From Candidatus Doudnabacteria bacterium (GTDB lineage: Bacteria > Patescibacteriota > Doudnabacteria > UBA920): a DNA stretch of 64,000 nucleotides. Every line of letters starts with the position of its first letter. The first letter of the stretch is position 1. A program made the position numbers and the translations under genes. This document shows positions 53,759-63,051 of the stretch, piece after piece. The stretch covers positions 11,330 to 75,329 of the forward strand of contig JARLHZ010000022.1 of assembly GCA_031291995.1 (NCBI GenBank), given 5' to 3'. The notes beneath the pieces are model-generated. The model saw nothing but the letters and a program-made list of their open reading frames with translations. It made no database searches and was not told the origin of the DNA.

Positions 53759-55513
53759 ATGGATCGTAACGAGCTCAATACAGCTTTAATACAAAAGAAT
53801 ATCCTTACCGACGACAAGCTCAAAGTCCTGGAAAAAGAAGCCGCCCAATTAAAGGTTCCTGAAGCCTGGGATGATTTTCTTATCGGGAAAAAGGCGCTTA
53901 AGGAAGACGAACTGCTTAACGTTAAAAGCGAACTTTTGGGCGTGCCGGTCGTGGATTTAACCAGCCTGCAAATCCCCCAGGATGTGTTGAATTTGGTGCC
54001 GGAACCGATTGCTCACCGCCATCAGGTTATTAGCTTTGCCAAGACTAAGGAAGATTTGTCCCTGGCCATGACCGATCCCGACGACATCCAAACCAAAGAA
54101 TTTATTCAAAAAAAGACCGGGTTAAAAATAAAAGCTTTTGTTATCGGTAAGACCAGTTTGGATTTCGGCCTGTCCAAGTACCATTCCAGCCTGGAAAAAG
54201 AAATCAAACATTTATTTACCCCCGAAGGCAAACCGTTGAGCAGTAAGCCGGAAGGGGAGAGCGCGCTGGATGACGGGCTCAAGAAAATGGCCCAGGAAAT
54301 TCCGGTTATCCGCGTAGTGGATACTTTGCTGGAATACGCGGTATTCGAAAAAGCCAGCGATATCCATATTGAGCCGCAGGAAAACGCCGTAACCGTACGC
54401 TACCGCATTGACGGCGTACTGCATGACGTTATGACTCTGCCCAAAGTAATCCAGGCGGCTATTGCGGCACGCATAAAAGTACTGTCCAACCTTAAAATCG
54501 ACGAGCATCGCCTGCCGCAGGACGGCCGTTTTAAAATCGACAAGGACGGTTACAAATTTTCTTTGCGCGTATCCACCATCCCGATTTTTGACGGTGAAAA
54601 AGTGGTAATACGTTTATTGGATGAATCGGCCAAAGCTTCAACTTTGGAAGATTTGGGGTTTGAACAGAACTCCCTGGAGATAATCAGCCGAAACATCAAA
54701 AAGCCGCACGGTATGCTTTTGGTAACCGGGCCGACCGGTAGCGGAAAATCCACAACTTTGTACACGGTTCTGTCCATGCTCAATACCAAGAGCGTGAACA
54801 TATCAACCATAGAAGACCCGGTGGAATACCGAATTGTCGGCGCCAACCAGATGCAGGTGAACCCCAAAATCGGCTTAACCTTTGATATCGGGCTTCGGGC
54901 GCTTTTGCGGCAAGATCCGAATATTATAATGATCGGTGAAATCCGCGACCGCGAAACCGCCGAGGAAGCGGTACACGCGGCTATGACCGGGCACATTGTG
55001 TTTTCCACGTTGCACACCAACACCGCGGCCAGCGCCCTGCCCCGGCTTTTGGATATTGGCGTGGAACCTTATTTAATCGCGTCAACAATTAACGCGGTAC
55101 TGGCTCAACGGCTGGTGCGCGTTGTCTGCAAGGACTGCCAGCAGGCATATAATTTGGACGAAGCCACGGTGGAGGGACTGTCAAAACAATTTCATTTGGA
55201 AAAACTTATTCCCATCCTTGTCCGCGCCGGTCTGGCGCCAGCCAAAATTAAAAGCCTGACGGAACTGCGCTTTTACAAAGGCCAGGGCTGCGACAAGTGC
55301 AACCACAGCGGCTACAAAGGACGCGTCGGCATTCACGAGATTTTGGAAGTGACCCCCGAAGTCCAGCAAATGATTATGGAACACAAATCCGCCCAGGAAA
55401 TCCAGGACGAAGGCGAAAAAGAGGGAATGGTTTTAATGTGGGAAGACGGGTTTTTAAAGGCGCTGAAGGGAATTACCACGATTGACGAGATAGTAAGGGT
55501 GTCGAAGGAGTAA
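53759..55513 (+). CDS. pilB: Type IV pilus assembly ATPase
   Basis: ASDIHIEP, RLPQDGR, TGPTGSGKSTTLY, LRQDPNIIMIGEIRD, TGHIVFSTLHTN, Zn-binding CxxC pairs. Confidence 0.95.
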   Translation: MDRNELNTALIQKNILTDDKLKVLEKEAAQLKVPEAWDDFLIGKKALKEDELLNVKSELLGVPVVDLTSLQIPQDVLNLVPEPIAHRHQVISFAKTKEDLSLAMTDPDDIQTKEFIQKKTGLKIKAFVIGKTSLDFGLSKYHSSLEKEIKHLFTPEGKPLSSKPEGESALDDGLKKMAQEIPVIRVVDTLLEYAVFEKASDIHIEPQENAVTVRYRIDGVLHDVMTLPKVIQAAIAARIKVLSNLKIDEHRLPQDGRFKIDKDGYKFSLRVSTIPIFDGEKVVIRLLDESAKASTLEDLGFEQNSLEIISRNIKKPHGMLLVTGPTGSGKSTTLYTVLSMLNTKSVNISTIEDPVEYRIVGANQMQVNPKIGLTFDIGLRALLRQDPNIIMIGEIRDRETAEEAVHAAMTGHIVFSTLHTNTAASALPRLLDIGVEPYLIASTINAVLAQRLVRVVCKDCQQAYNLDEATVEGLSKQFHLEKLIPILVRAGLAPAKIKSLTELRFYKGQGCDKCNHSGYKGRVGIHEILEVTPEVQQMIMEHKSAQEIQDEGEKEGMVLMWEDGFLKALKGITTIDEIVRVSKE

Positions 55514-55574
55514 TTTTAAAATTACAAATATCAACTGGCAAATTTCAAATATAGTAAAACGAAACCGATATAAG

Positions 55575-55615
55575 ATCAGCGACCAATCAGCGTAACTATC
55601 AGCGTTAATTCAGCG
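55575..55615. repeat. Four (A/T)TCAGCG direct repeats spaced 11/12/11
   Basis: Copies at 55575, 55586, 55598, 55609; the reverse complement CGCTGAT resembles the 19479-19519 unit. Confidence 0.7.
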
Positions 55616-55622
55616 GAATCCA

Positions 55623-56831
55623 ATGGCCGAATTTGCATACACAGCCCTGACTAAAGACGGGCATCACGAAAGCTCCACCATCCAGGCGCCGAACGCGGCG
55701 ACCGCGGGCCATTTACTCAAGGATCAGGGTCTGTTGCCAGTGCAAATTTCGGAAAAAGGCGGCAAGGGTGGTACCGATGTCCTGCAATTCTTATCCACTG
55801 TAAGTTTTAACGAAAAAATCGGTTTCATAGAAAACCTGGGAGTTATGTTGAAAGCCGGTATTTCCATAACCCGCTGTTTGCAAATTTTAGTCAAACAAAC
55901 CACCAATCCAAAATTTAAATCCATCCTGGCCGATGTCGGTACCCAGGTTGAACAGGGCAAATCTTTGGGTGAGGCTCTGTCCAAGTACCCCGGGGTTTTC
56001 CCCGGTATCGCCGTCAGCATGGTTAAGGTCGGCGAATTGTCGGGAAATTTGGACAAAAGCCTGGAATATTTAACGGTACAGCTGCATCGCGAGGCCGATT
56101 TAAAAAGCAAAGTTCGCGGCGCCATGATATATCCTTCGGTTATTGTCGGAGCCATGCTGATTATCGGCCTGCTTTTGTCCATATTTGTGTTGCCCGGTCT
56201 GGTTAGTATTTTTAAGGAGCAGGCGGCGGATTTGCCTTTGACCACCAAAATAGTAATTGCTTTTTCGGACTTTATGAGCGGCCACGCGATATTGGTCATT
56301 GGCGCGTTAATTGCCATTATTGCCGGTCTTGTTTCCGTTTACCGGACTTACCCCGGCCAGCGCGCTTTTGATACCATGAACCTCCATATTTTCAGCATCG
56401 GCCCGGTTGTCAGAAAAGTTAATTTAGCCAGGTTTGCCAGAATTTTAAGCTCAATGCTCAAGAGCGGGATCCCGATTGTCCAGGCTTTGGACGTGGCCGC
56501 CGACTCGCTGGGCAATATCCGCTATCGCGAACTTGTCAAAGAGGCTTCCGGGGAAGTTAAGGTCGGCAAAACCCTGGCCGAATCTTTGGGCAAAAATTCC
56601 CAGCTTTTCCCCGTGTTGGTGCTGCAAATGATCCAGGTCGGCGAAGAAAGCGGTACGGTGCAGGAAATTTTGGAACAACTGGCCGGGCATTACGAGGAAG
56701 AAGTCGACAATACTTTAAAAAATTTATCTTCGATTATCGAGCCGTTGCTTTTGCTGGCCATTGGCGCGGTGGTCGGCTTGCTTGCTTTGGCGTTAATTTC
56801 CCCAATTTACAGTATTTACCAAAATCAATGA
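55623..56831 (+). CDS. pilC: Type IV pilus platform protein
   Basis: Two T2SSF domains: VGELSGNL, MIYP, VGEESG, IIEP. Confidence 0.93.
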   Translation: MAEFAYTALTKDGHHESSTIQAPNAATAGHLLKDQGLLPVQISEKGGKGGTDVLQFLSTVSFNEKIGFIENLGVMLKAGISITRCLQILVKQTTNPKFKSILADVGTQVEQGKSLGEALSKYPGVFPGIAVSMVKVGELSGNLDKSLEYLTVQLHREADLKSKVRGAMIYPSVIVGAMLIIGLLLSIFVLPGLVSIFKEQAADLPLTTKIVIAFSDFMSGHAILVIGALIAIIAGLVSVYRTYPGQRAFDTMNLHIFSIGPVVRKVNLARFARILSSMLKSGIPIVQALDVAADSLGNIRYRELVKEASGEVKVGKTLAESLGKNSQLFPVLVLQMIQVGEESGTVQEILEQLAGHYEEEVDNTLKNLSSIIEPLLLLAIGAVVGLLALALISPIYSIYQNQ

Positions 56832-57892
56832 AATTTAAACTATTTTCCAAAACCATACCCGCGTTCGGACTGGATATTTCCGGGAGTTCTTTTAAGTTTA
56901 TGCAGTTGGACGGCCCGGCCAAAAACCTGGGCGTTAAGGCTTACGCGGACGTTGCCGTACCCAAGAGCCTGATAGCCAACGATGTTATTACGGACAATAA
57001 AACATTCCTGACGCTGCTGAAGCAAAGCTTGGATCGGCCACAGTTTGGCCGGCTCACGACCAATTACGTAGTGGCCAGCCTGCCGGAATCAAAATCTTTT
57101 GTCCGCGTCATCCAGATTCCCAAAATGAGCGAGGGCGAGGCCGATAACGCCGTACCGTTTGAAGCGGAAAATTTTATCCCCCTGCCGCTCGACCAGGTCT
57201 ATTTGGATTGGGAAAAAATCGGCGAAGAGGGCGATAAAATGGTGGTACTAATGGTCGCGGCACCCAAAGAATTTGTAGACGGCTATATGGATTTGCTGGA
57301 GAAAGCCGGCCTTAAGCCGGCCGCGCTTGAAGTGGAGTCGCAAAGCTGCCGCCGGGCCGTTCTGTTGCCGGACAGCCGGGAAACCGTTTTGCTTGTGGAT
57401 ATAGAGGCCTATCGCAGCAGCATGATAATGGTGGAAAACGGCAGCCTGCAATTTACTTCCACTATTCCCATAGCCGGAAACAGTTTTACCGAAAGCGTGG
57501 CCAAGGCCCTGGGCGTTTCCGCCGCCAAGGCCGAGGAAATTAAACGCAAGGTTGGGATTGCCAATACCGCCGAATACCCCAATATTAAAACTTCACTGTT
57601 GCCGGTATTGGGGAATTTGGAAGCCGAAATCAAGAATATTTTAAAATTCCATGGCGAACATTCCAGCCGCCAGGTCGAGCGGATAATCCTTTCCGGCGGG
57701 AGCGCCAAACTCAAAAACCTGGCCGAATATTTGGGTCCGCAAATGTCGGGTTCCGGCGTCGCGAGAGTGGAGCTGGCAAACCCGTGGTTAAACGTCGGCA
57801 GCCAAAAACAGGAGTCCTTCCAGGAAGACAGCCTGAGTTTTGTTACGGCTATCGGCCTGGCCCTGCGCGGCGGCAATTACGAGATCACTTAA
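56828..57892 (+). CDS. pilM: Type IV pilus alignment protein PilM
   Basis: FGLDISGSSFK, EAENFIPLPLDQVYLDW, ILSGGSAKL, AIGLALRG. Confidence 0.92.
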   Translation: MKFKLFSKTIPAFGLDISGSSFKFMQLDGPAKNLGVKAYADVAVPKSLIANDVITDNKTFLTLLKQSLDRPQFGRLTTNYVVASLPESKSFVRVIQIPKMSEGEADNAVPFEAENFIPLPLDQVYLDWEKIGEEGDKMVVLMVAAPKEFVDGYMDLLEKAGLKPAALEVESQSCRRAVLLPDSRETVLLVDIEAYRSSMIMVENGSLQFTSTIPIAGNSFTESVAKALGVSAAKAEEIKRKVGIANTAEYPNIKTSLLPVLGNLEAEIKNILKFHGEHSSRQVERIILSGGSAKLKNLAEYLGPQMSGSGVARVELANPWLNVGSQKQESFQEDSLSFVTAIGLALRGGNYEIT

Positions 57893-57901
57893 ATTTATCA
57901 T

Positions 57902-58468
57902 ATGGCTAAAGTCATTAACCTGTTGCCCAAACCAAAGCAAAGGGAACTCCATTACGATTCCATTCTGCACAGCTTATGGAAACTCGTGATTTGGTCGTGC
58001 TTTAGTTTTGCCCTGGTATTTTTCGTCCAGGTTGCCACTAAGTTTTACCTGCAATTGGAAGGCCAGGTTATCCACGACCAAATCCAGGCGCTGCAGCAGC
58101 AGGTGGGCAAGCAGCAGAACAGCGACGTTAAAGTGCAAATTACCACGGCCAACAATTTAATTAAAGATTATCACGCGCTTTCCGTGGCCAGCCCGCAATG
58201 GTCTAAAATTATTAACGCTTTTGCCCCGCTGCCCCCGTCTGGGATAAAAATAAATTCCTTCGGGGTTAATACCGACACTAAGGCGATTACCATAACCGGT
58301 TTGAGCCCGACGCGCGATTTGGTCATTAAGCTCTATAATATTATTCTGGCGGATCAAAAAGATTTTTACGGGATAGACTATCCGCTGGAGAATGTCGTGT
58401 CGCCGACGGACGATACCTTCCACTTTACTTTTTACGTCCAAAACAGCCTTTGGAAACAGGCGCCTTAA
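57902..58468 (+). CDS. pilN: PilN-like protein
   Basis: INLLP motif, single TM, position after pilM. Confidence 0.82.
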   Translation: MAKVINLLPKPKQRELHYDSILHSLWKLVIWSCFSFALVFFVQVATKFYLQLEGQVIHDQIQALQQQVGKQQNSDVKVQITTANNLIKDYHALSVASPQWSKIINAFAPLPPSGIKINSFGVNTDTKAITITGLSPTRDLVIKLYNIILADQKDFYGIDYPLENVVSPTDDTFHFTFYVQNSLWKQAP

Positions 58469-58483
58469 TTCCCGCGATTTTTT

Positions 58484-59035
58484 ATGGGTAAAATGTCAGC
58501 AAAAAATAAAATAATTATTTTACTTATTGTCTGGATTATGTCCGGCGCTTTAATGCTGGGCTATTTCTTTAAGATTTTAGACGGGCAAAATCTGCAGACT
58601 TTGAATGACATGGGCCAGGAGAGACTAACCTTGGCCGTGCTTCAGGCTGAGGATCAGAGTTTTAAGGAAGCGCAGAGCGATTTGCAAAAGCTGGCCCGGG
58701 AGCCAAAGCAGCCCGCTGATTTTTTCAGCAGCGATATTACGCTGGTAAAGGAACTGGTTATTTTGGAAAACATGCAGCCAAAATATGGGGTCCAAATGAC
58801 CCTGTCCGGCGTATCCGGCACGATTAATAATTTGCCGTCCGCGCCCACAGCCAGCCCGATTGTGGTCGTCCCATACAGCATCAGCCTATCGGGTTCGCTT
58901 GGCCAGGTGGTTAATTTTCTGGAAGCTTTGGAGAACGCCCCTTTTGTTACCGATATAAACGGTTTGTCCGTTTCCGTGGGGGGGCAAAACAGCGTGAATC
59001 TTAACTTGGCAGCCAATTTTTATCTGCTTAAATAG
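58484..59035 (+). CDS. pilO: PilO-like protein
   Basis: TM plus coiled coil, SLSGSLGQVVNFLEALEN. Confidence 0.75.
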   Translation: MGKMSAKNKIIILLIVWIMSGALMLGYFFKILDGQNLQTLNDMGQERLTLAVLQAEDQSFKEAQSDLQKLAREPKQPADFFSSDITLVKELVILENMQPKYGVQMTLSGVSGTINNLPSAPTASPIVVVPYSISLSGSLGQVVNFLEALENAPFVTDINGLSVSVGGQNSVNLNLAANFYLLK

Positions 59036-59043
59036 GAATTATT

Positions 59044-59490
59044 ATGGATAAGAACCTCAATATTAATATTAGTTTCAGCAAGCAGTCCTTTGGCGCGTTG
59101 TTTAAAAATTTAATTTGGATATTTTTTTGCGTGTTTCTGTGCCTGCTGGCCTTTGAAGGACTGGAAATCCGCAATTCGGTCGGACTTATTTTACAACTTA
59201 ACGAGGCGCCGCAGCAGGCCCTGCCGGCCAGGAATTCCGTAGATCGTATTGATTTCGGCACTTACGACAAAAATTTGACAAGAGTCCAAAACGCGCAAAG
59301 TTTTGTTTCTCCCGGCGGCATTAACTATGATCCGTTTAACGATATCGGCACGCCGCCCGCCGGCGGTCCGTCCGGAGCCGTTCTTGCGCCGAGTTCCACT
59401 CCGATTACCGCGCCTCAAAGCACCGGCACGACCCCTGCTCTTCCCGGATCTTTGGTTGCCACTTCAACATCCGGAACGCTCCCGCATTAA
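59044..59490 (+). CDS. Hypothetical TM protein with Pro/Thr tail (PilP position)
   Basis: Single TM, YDPF motif, low-complexity tail. Confidence 0.6.
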   Translation: MDKNLNINISFSKQSFGALFKNLIWIFFCVFLCLLAFEGLEIRNSVGLILQLNEAPQQALPARNSVDRIDFGTYDKNLTRVQNAQSFVSPGGINYDPFNDIGTPPAGGPSGAVLAPSSTPITAPQSTGTTPALPGSLVATSTSGTLPH

Positions 59491-59494
59491 CAGG

Positions 59495-59530
59495 AAAACA
59501 AAAAACCGCCCTGGGCGGTTTTTTGTTGTT
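59495..59530. terminator. Bidirectional terminator
   Basis: AACAAAAAACCGCCC-T-GGGCGGTTTTTTGTT. Confidence 0.8.
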
Positions 59531-59590
59531 CGGGTTAAGGGATTTTTGCTATAATGGCAATCGGGGAAGCTAAATGCCGCCAGACTCGCA

Positions 59591-59667
59591 TGGTGACCTC
59601 GGTAGGATTCGAACCTACTACCTCCTGGTTCGAAGCCAGGCGCTCTATCCAAATGAGCTACGAGGCC
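59591..59667 (-). tRNA. tRNA-Arg (TCG)
   Basis: GGCCTCG acceptor stem, D arm, CCTGG-CT-TCG-AA-CCAGG, GGTTCGAATCC, encoded CCA. Confidence 0.95.
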
Positions 59668-59714
59668 GCAAGGCGAGTCGGGCGGAATAACCTTACTCAT
59701 TTGCGGTTCTGTGT

Positions 59715-59790
59715 TGGTGGGTCGGGTGGGGATCGAACCCACGACAAATAGCTTAAGAGGCTACTGCTCTACCAACTGAGCTACCGACCC
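59715..59790 (-). tRNA. tRNA-Lys (CTT)
   Basis: GGGTCGG acceptor stem, GTAGC-CT-CTT-AA-GCTAT, GGTTCGATCCC, encoded CCA. Confidence 0.95.
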
Positions 59791-59874
59791 TTGCCTGCCA
59801 AAGCTTGCCAGGCGAACCCGTTTCACTTTAACTCTCGTTATTTTACATCAAACAGCCTTTAATTTCAAGTCTTT

Positions 59875-60861
59875 ATGGTATCAATGCTGCTGGGCTCCGA
59901 CGACTTTTCCAAAAAAATGCACATCGCCGAGCTGGCCAAAAAGCACCGGGCCGAAGTGGAGTTTTTTGGCGCGGATGGAACAAGACCGGAATTGGCGGGT
60001 TTTTTTGGCCAGGATCTTTTTGCCCGGCCCAAGATTGTTATTTTGGAGAATTTACTGACCGGATACGGGTACAGCGCCGGGTTGGTTGAAAAGTTGTCCG
60101 CCAGTAAAAATATTATTATATTTCAAGACACCAAGCTGGATAAGCGCCTGTCAGGCAACAAGCAATGGCTGGCCGACAAGAATCTCGAAATCCTGACTTT
60201 CGATTTGCCTCACGGCACGGAATTGGATAATTGGATTATCAAAAGGGTTAAAGAACTCGGCGGGTTAATCGGCCCGGCAGCGGCCGGTTTGCTGGGCTTT
60301 AAATTGGGGCGTGACGACGCAAAAGAGACGAGGTTTGGCGGAAAAGTTGTTGCCGTAGAAGAGATTTACAATTTATGGCAGGCGCAAGCGGAAATCCAAA
60401 AGTTGATTTCTTATTCAAGCGGCCGGGAAATTACGGAAGCGGATGTCCAGGCGCTGGCTTCGGAAAACGGCGAAGTCGATGTGTTTAATTTAATTAGCGC
60501 TATCGCGGAAAACCGGCGGCGGGAGACCATGACCCTGTTGGGCCGGTTTTTGGCCGGCCAAAGCACCGTAGACGAAAAGGGTTCCATAATCCAGTTAAAC
60601 GCCCTGTTGTCGGAACAATTTCGCAATGTCGCCATGGTGCAGGATTTTGTGGCGCGGAAAACTACGGATAACGAAATACTTGAAATTTCGGGCTGGAAAT
60701 CCGGCCGGTTGTTTGTAATAAAAAAAATTGCGGCCCGGTTCGCTCCGGACAAAGTCAGGGATACGTTGAATAAGCTTGCGGCGCTGGATGACGAACTTAA
60801 AACCGGCAGTGTGCCGCCGAAAGTTTTATTGGATTTGATTTTAGCACAGCTGTTTGTTTGA
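59875..60861 (+). CDS. holA: DNA polymerase III delta subunit
   Basis: QDLFARPKIVIL, WIIKRVKELGG, EIQKL, VFNLISAI, LDDELKTG. Confidence 0.82.
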   Translation: MVSMLLGSDDFSKKMHIAELAKKHRAEVEFFGADGTRPELAGFFGQDLFARPKIVILENLLTGYGYSAGLVEKLSASKNIIIFQDTKLDKRLSGNKQWLADKNLEILTFDLPHGTELDNWIIKRVKELGGLIGPAAAGLLGFKLGRDDAKETRFGGKVVAVEEIYNLWQAQAEIQKLISYSSGREITEADVQALASENGEVDVFNLISAIAENRRRETMTLLGRFLAGQSTVDEKGSIIQLNALLSEQFRNVAMVQDFVARKTTDNEILEISGWKSGRLFVIKKIAARFAPDKVRDTLNKLAALDDELKTGSVPPKVLLDLILAQLFV

Positions 60862-60939
60862 CACGCGGTGCCGCCCGGTGTAATATTAAATTAAGATTTA
60901 ATACATCCTTCCCATCCCGGGAGGGATTTTACATGTTTT

Positions 60940-62175
60940 ATGGTGGAAAATATAAAAAATTTTGGTAAAATAACTTTTGCGTCCCTGGCAATAAGGAATT
61001 TCCGGCTGTATTTTATCGGCCAGGCTATTTCGTTAAGCGGCACCTGGATGCAGACTATCGGCCAGAGCTGGCTGGTGTTGGTTATAACCCATTCCGGTAC
61101 CCAGTTGGGTTTGGTTACGGCCGTGCAGTTTGTGCCGATTTTATTTTTCGGGCCATGGGGCGGAGTGGTGGCTGACCGATTCGATAAGCGGAAACTCCTT
61201 TATTTTACCCAAAGTGCCGCCGCCGTGCTGGCTTTGATTTTGGGAATTTTAGTCGCAACCGCCACAGTGCAGTTGTGGATGATTTATATTTTAGCCGCGG
61301 CGTTGGGGCTTGTTAATGCCTTGGACAATCCGGCTCGACAGACTTTTATAATGGAAATGGTGGGAAAGGATAATTTGTCCAACGCCGTGTCGCTTAATTC
61401 CACGCAGGTTAATTTGGCGCGTGTGATAGGTCCGGCCATAGGAGGGGCATTTATAGCTACCCTTGGATTGGCGCCTCTGTTTATTTTTAACGCGGTTTCT
61501 TATATAGCGGTTTTGATTGTTTTAAAAATGATGTCAGCCAGAGAATTGTCTCCCGCCCCCGTCGCTCAAAAAGCCGCCGGCCAGCTCAGGGAAGGCTTTA
61601 ATTATGTAAAGTCAACTCCGGTTTTGCGCGACACCTTGCTTATGATGGCAATTATTGGTACGTTGTCATACGAATTCTCCGTTATTCTACCTTTATTGGC
61701 GCAGTTCAGTTTCCACGGCAATGCCACAACTTATGCCAGTTTGACAGTGGCTATGGGAGTCGGTTCCGTTGCAGGAGGCCTTTATACCGCCAGTCGCAGT
61801 AAGCGATCGGCATTAATGCTTATTGCCGCGGCTTTGATGTTTGGCGCTACCATGTTACTTTCATCTGCTATGCCCAACCTTGAGTTTGAGCTTGCAGCGA
61901 TGGCCTTAGTAGGGTTTTTCTCCATAAATTTTTTGGCTCTGGGCAACTCGATCCTGCAATTGGAAAGCAGTCCGCAAATGCGCGGGCGGGTTATGGCTTT
62001 ATGGGCTGTGGCTTTTTTGGGATCTACTCCCATTGGCGGACCGATTATTGGGGCAATTGGACAGTATTTTAACCCGCGCTGGGGCTTGGCGGTTGGCGGT
62101 TTGGCCGCGGTATTCGCGGCCGGCCTGGGTTATTGGCGGCTGAAGCGGGACAGCAGACCGAGTTTGGTGGTATGA
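60940..62175 (+). CDS. MFS transporter (MFS_3/DUF894-like)
   Basis: NFRLYFIGQAISLSGTWMQ, GVVADRFDKRKLL, NAVSLNS, MRGRVMAL; promoter TTGACA-17-TAATAT at 60858-60886. Confidence 0.92.
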   Translation: MVENIKNFGKITFASLAIRNFRLYFIGQAISLSGTWMQTIGQSWLVLVITHSGTQLGLVTAVQFVPILFFGPWGGVVADRFDKRKLLYFTQSAAAVLALILGILVATATVQLWMIYILAAALGLVNALDNPARQTFIMEMVGKDNLSNAVSLNSTQVNLARVIGPAIGGAFIATLGLAPLFIFNAVSYIAVLIVLKMMSARELSPAPVAQKAAGQLREGFNYVKSTPVLRDTLLMMAIIGTLSYEFSVILPLLAQFSFHGNATTYASLTVAMGVGSVAGGLYTASRSKRSALMLIAAALMFGATMLLSSAMPNLEFELAAMALVGFFSINFLALGNSILQLESSPQMRGRVMALWAVAFLGSTPIGGPIIGAIGQYFNPRWGLAVGGLAAVFAAGLGYWRLKRDSRPSLVV

Positions 62176-62210
62176 TAATGGCATAGTCCAGTAACCATAA
62201 ATATACTGCC

Positions 62211-62420
62211 ATGACTATAATACAGCGGTCGCAAGCATGGCTGCAAAAAATCAGGGACAGCAAATCTCCCTATAAAAAAATAGTCGGGGTGGTATTTATT
62301 ATTTTGGGTTTTTTGGCGCTGGTTACTCCGTTTACCCCGGGTTCATGGCTGATTTTCGTGGGTTTGGAATTGGTGGGTTTGCGCATCACTGCCTGGGACT
62401 GGATAAAATCTAAATTATGA
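62211..62420 (+). CDS. Small membrane protein (PGPGW-like)
   Basis: GVVFIILGFLALVTPFTPGSWLIFVGL. Confidence 0.65.
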   Translation: MTIIQRSQAWLQKIRDSKSPYKKIVGVVFIILGFLALVTPFTPGSWLIFVGLELVGLRITAWDWIKSKL

Positions 62421-62986
62421 ACATTACATCCGCGCAATTTGTAAAAGGTCTGGTGGAAGACGACGTAATACTCAACGATGGCAAACCGCAAGTCGCGTTT
62501 GTCGGCCGTTCAAACGTCGGCAAATCCAGTTTAATCAATTCGCTTACCAAACAAAAGAATTTGGCCAAGACCAGCTCGTTTCCCGGACGCACCCAGCAGG
62601 TAAACGTGTTTTTGGTTAATAAGGATTTTTATTTTGTCGACCTGCCCGGCTACGGTTTTGCCAAAGGTTCAAAGCAGGACCAGGAACGTATTCAGGCTTT
62701 AATTTATTGGTATTTACTGGATTCGGATTATCGGCAAAAAACTGTTGTGTTAATAATGGACGCCAACATCGGACCCACGGAAAACGATATGCAAATGATC
62801 CATAGCCTAAAAGAGCGGCATAAAAACATAATTGTGGTGGCCAATAAAGTGGACAAACTAAAAAAATCCCAGGTTAAAAACCAGCTAAACAAGATTCAGG
62901 AAGTAATCGGGGACTACAAAATAATTCCGTATTCATCGGAATCCAAAATAGGGATAAGTGAGCTGACAAACGAAATATTTAAATAG
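62417..62986 (+). CDS. engB: Ribosome biogenesis GTPase EngB/YsxC
   Basis: GRSNVGKSSLIN, PGRTQ, DLPGYG, NKVD. Confidence 0.95.
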   Translation: MNITSAQFVKGLVEDDVILNDGKPQVAFVGRSNVGKSSLINSLTKQKNLAKTSSFPGRTQQVNVFLVNKDFYFVDLPGYGFAKGSKQDQERIQALIYWYLLDSDYRQKTVVLIMDANIGPTENDMQMIHSLKERHKNIIVVANKVDKLKKSQVKNQLNKIQEVIGDYKIIPYSSESKIGISELTNEIFK

Positions 62987-63004
62987 ATTATTTGCCATAG
63001 CAAA

Positions 63005-63048
63005 ACAGCGCGGGACCTGGGAGGATCTCGCGCTGCTTATTTTTTTTG
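63005..63048. terminator. Terminator between convergent engB and typA
   Basis: CAGCGCGGGA...TCTCGCGCTG followed by a T-tract. Confidence 0.6.
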
Positions 63049-63051
63049 TAA

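Noticed and set aside
54212-59016. Long antisense ORFs over the pil genes (and similar ones elsewhere)
   Set aside because: They are shadows of well-supported sense genes and have no recognisable motifs.
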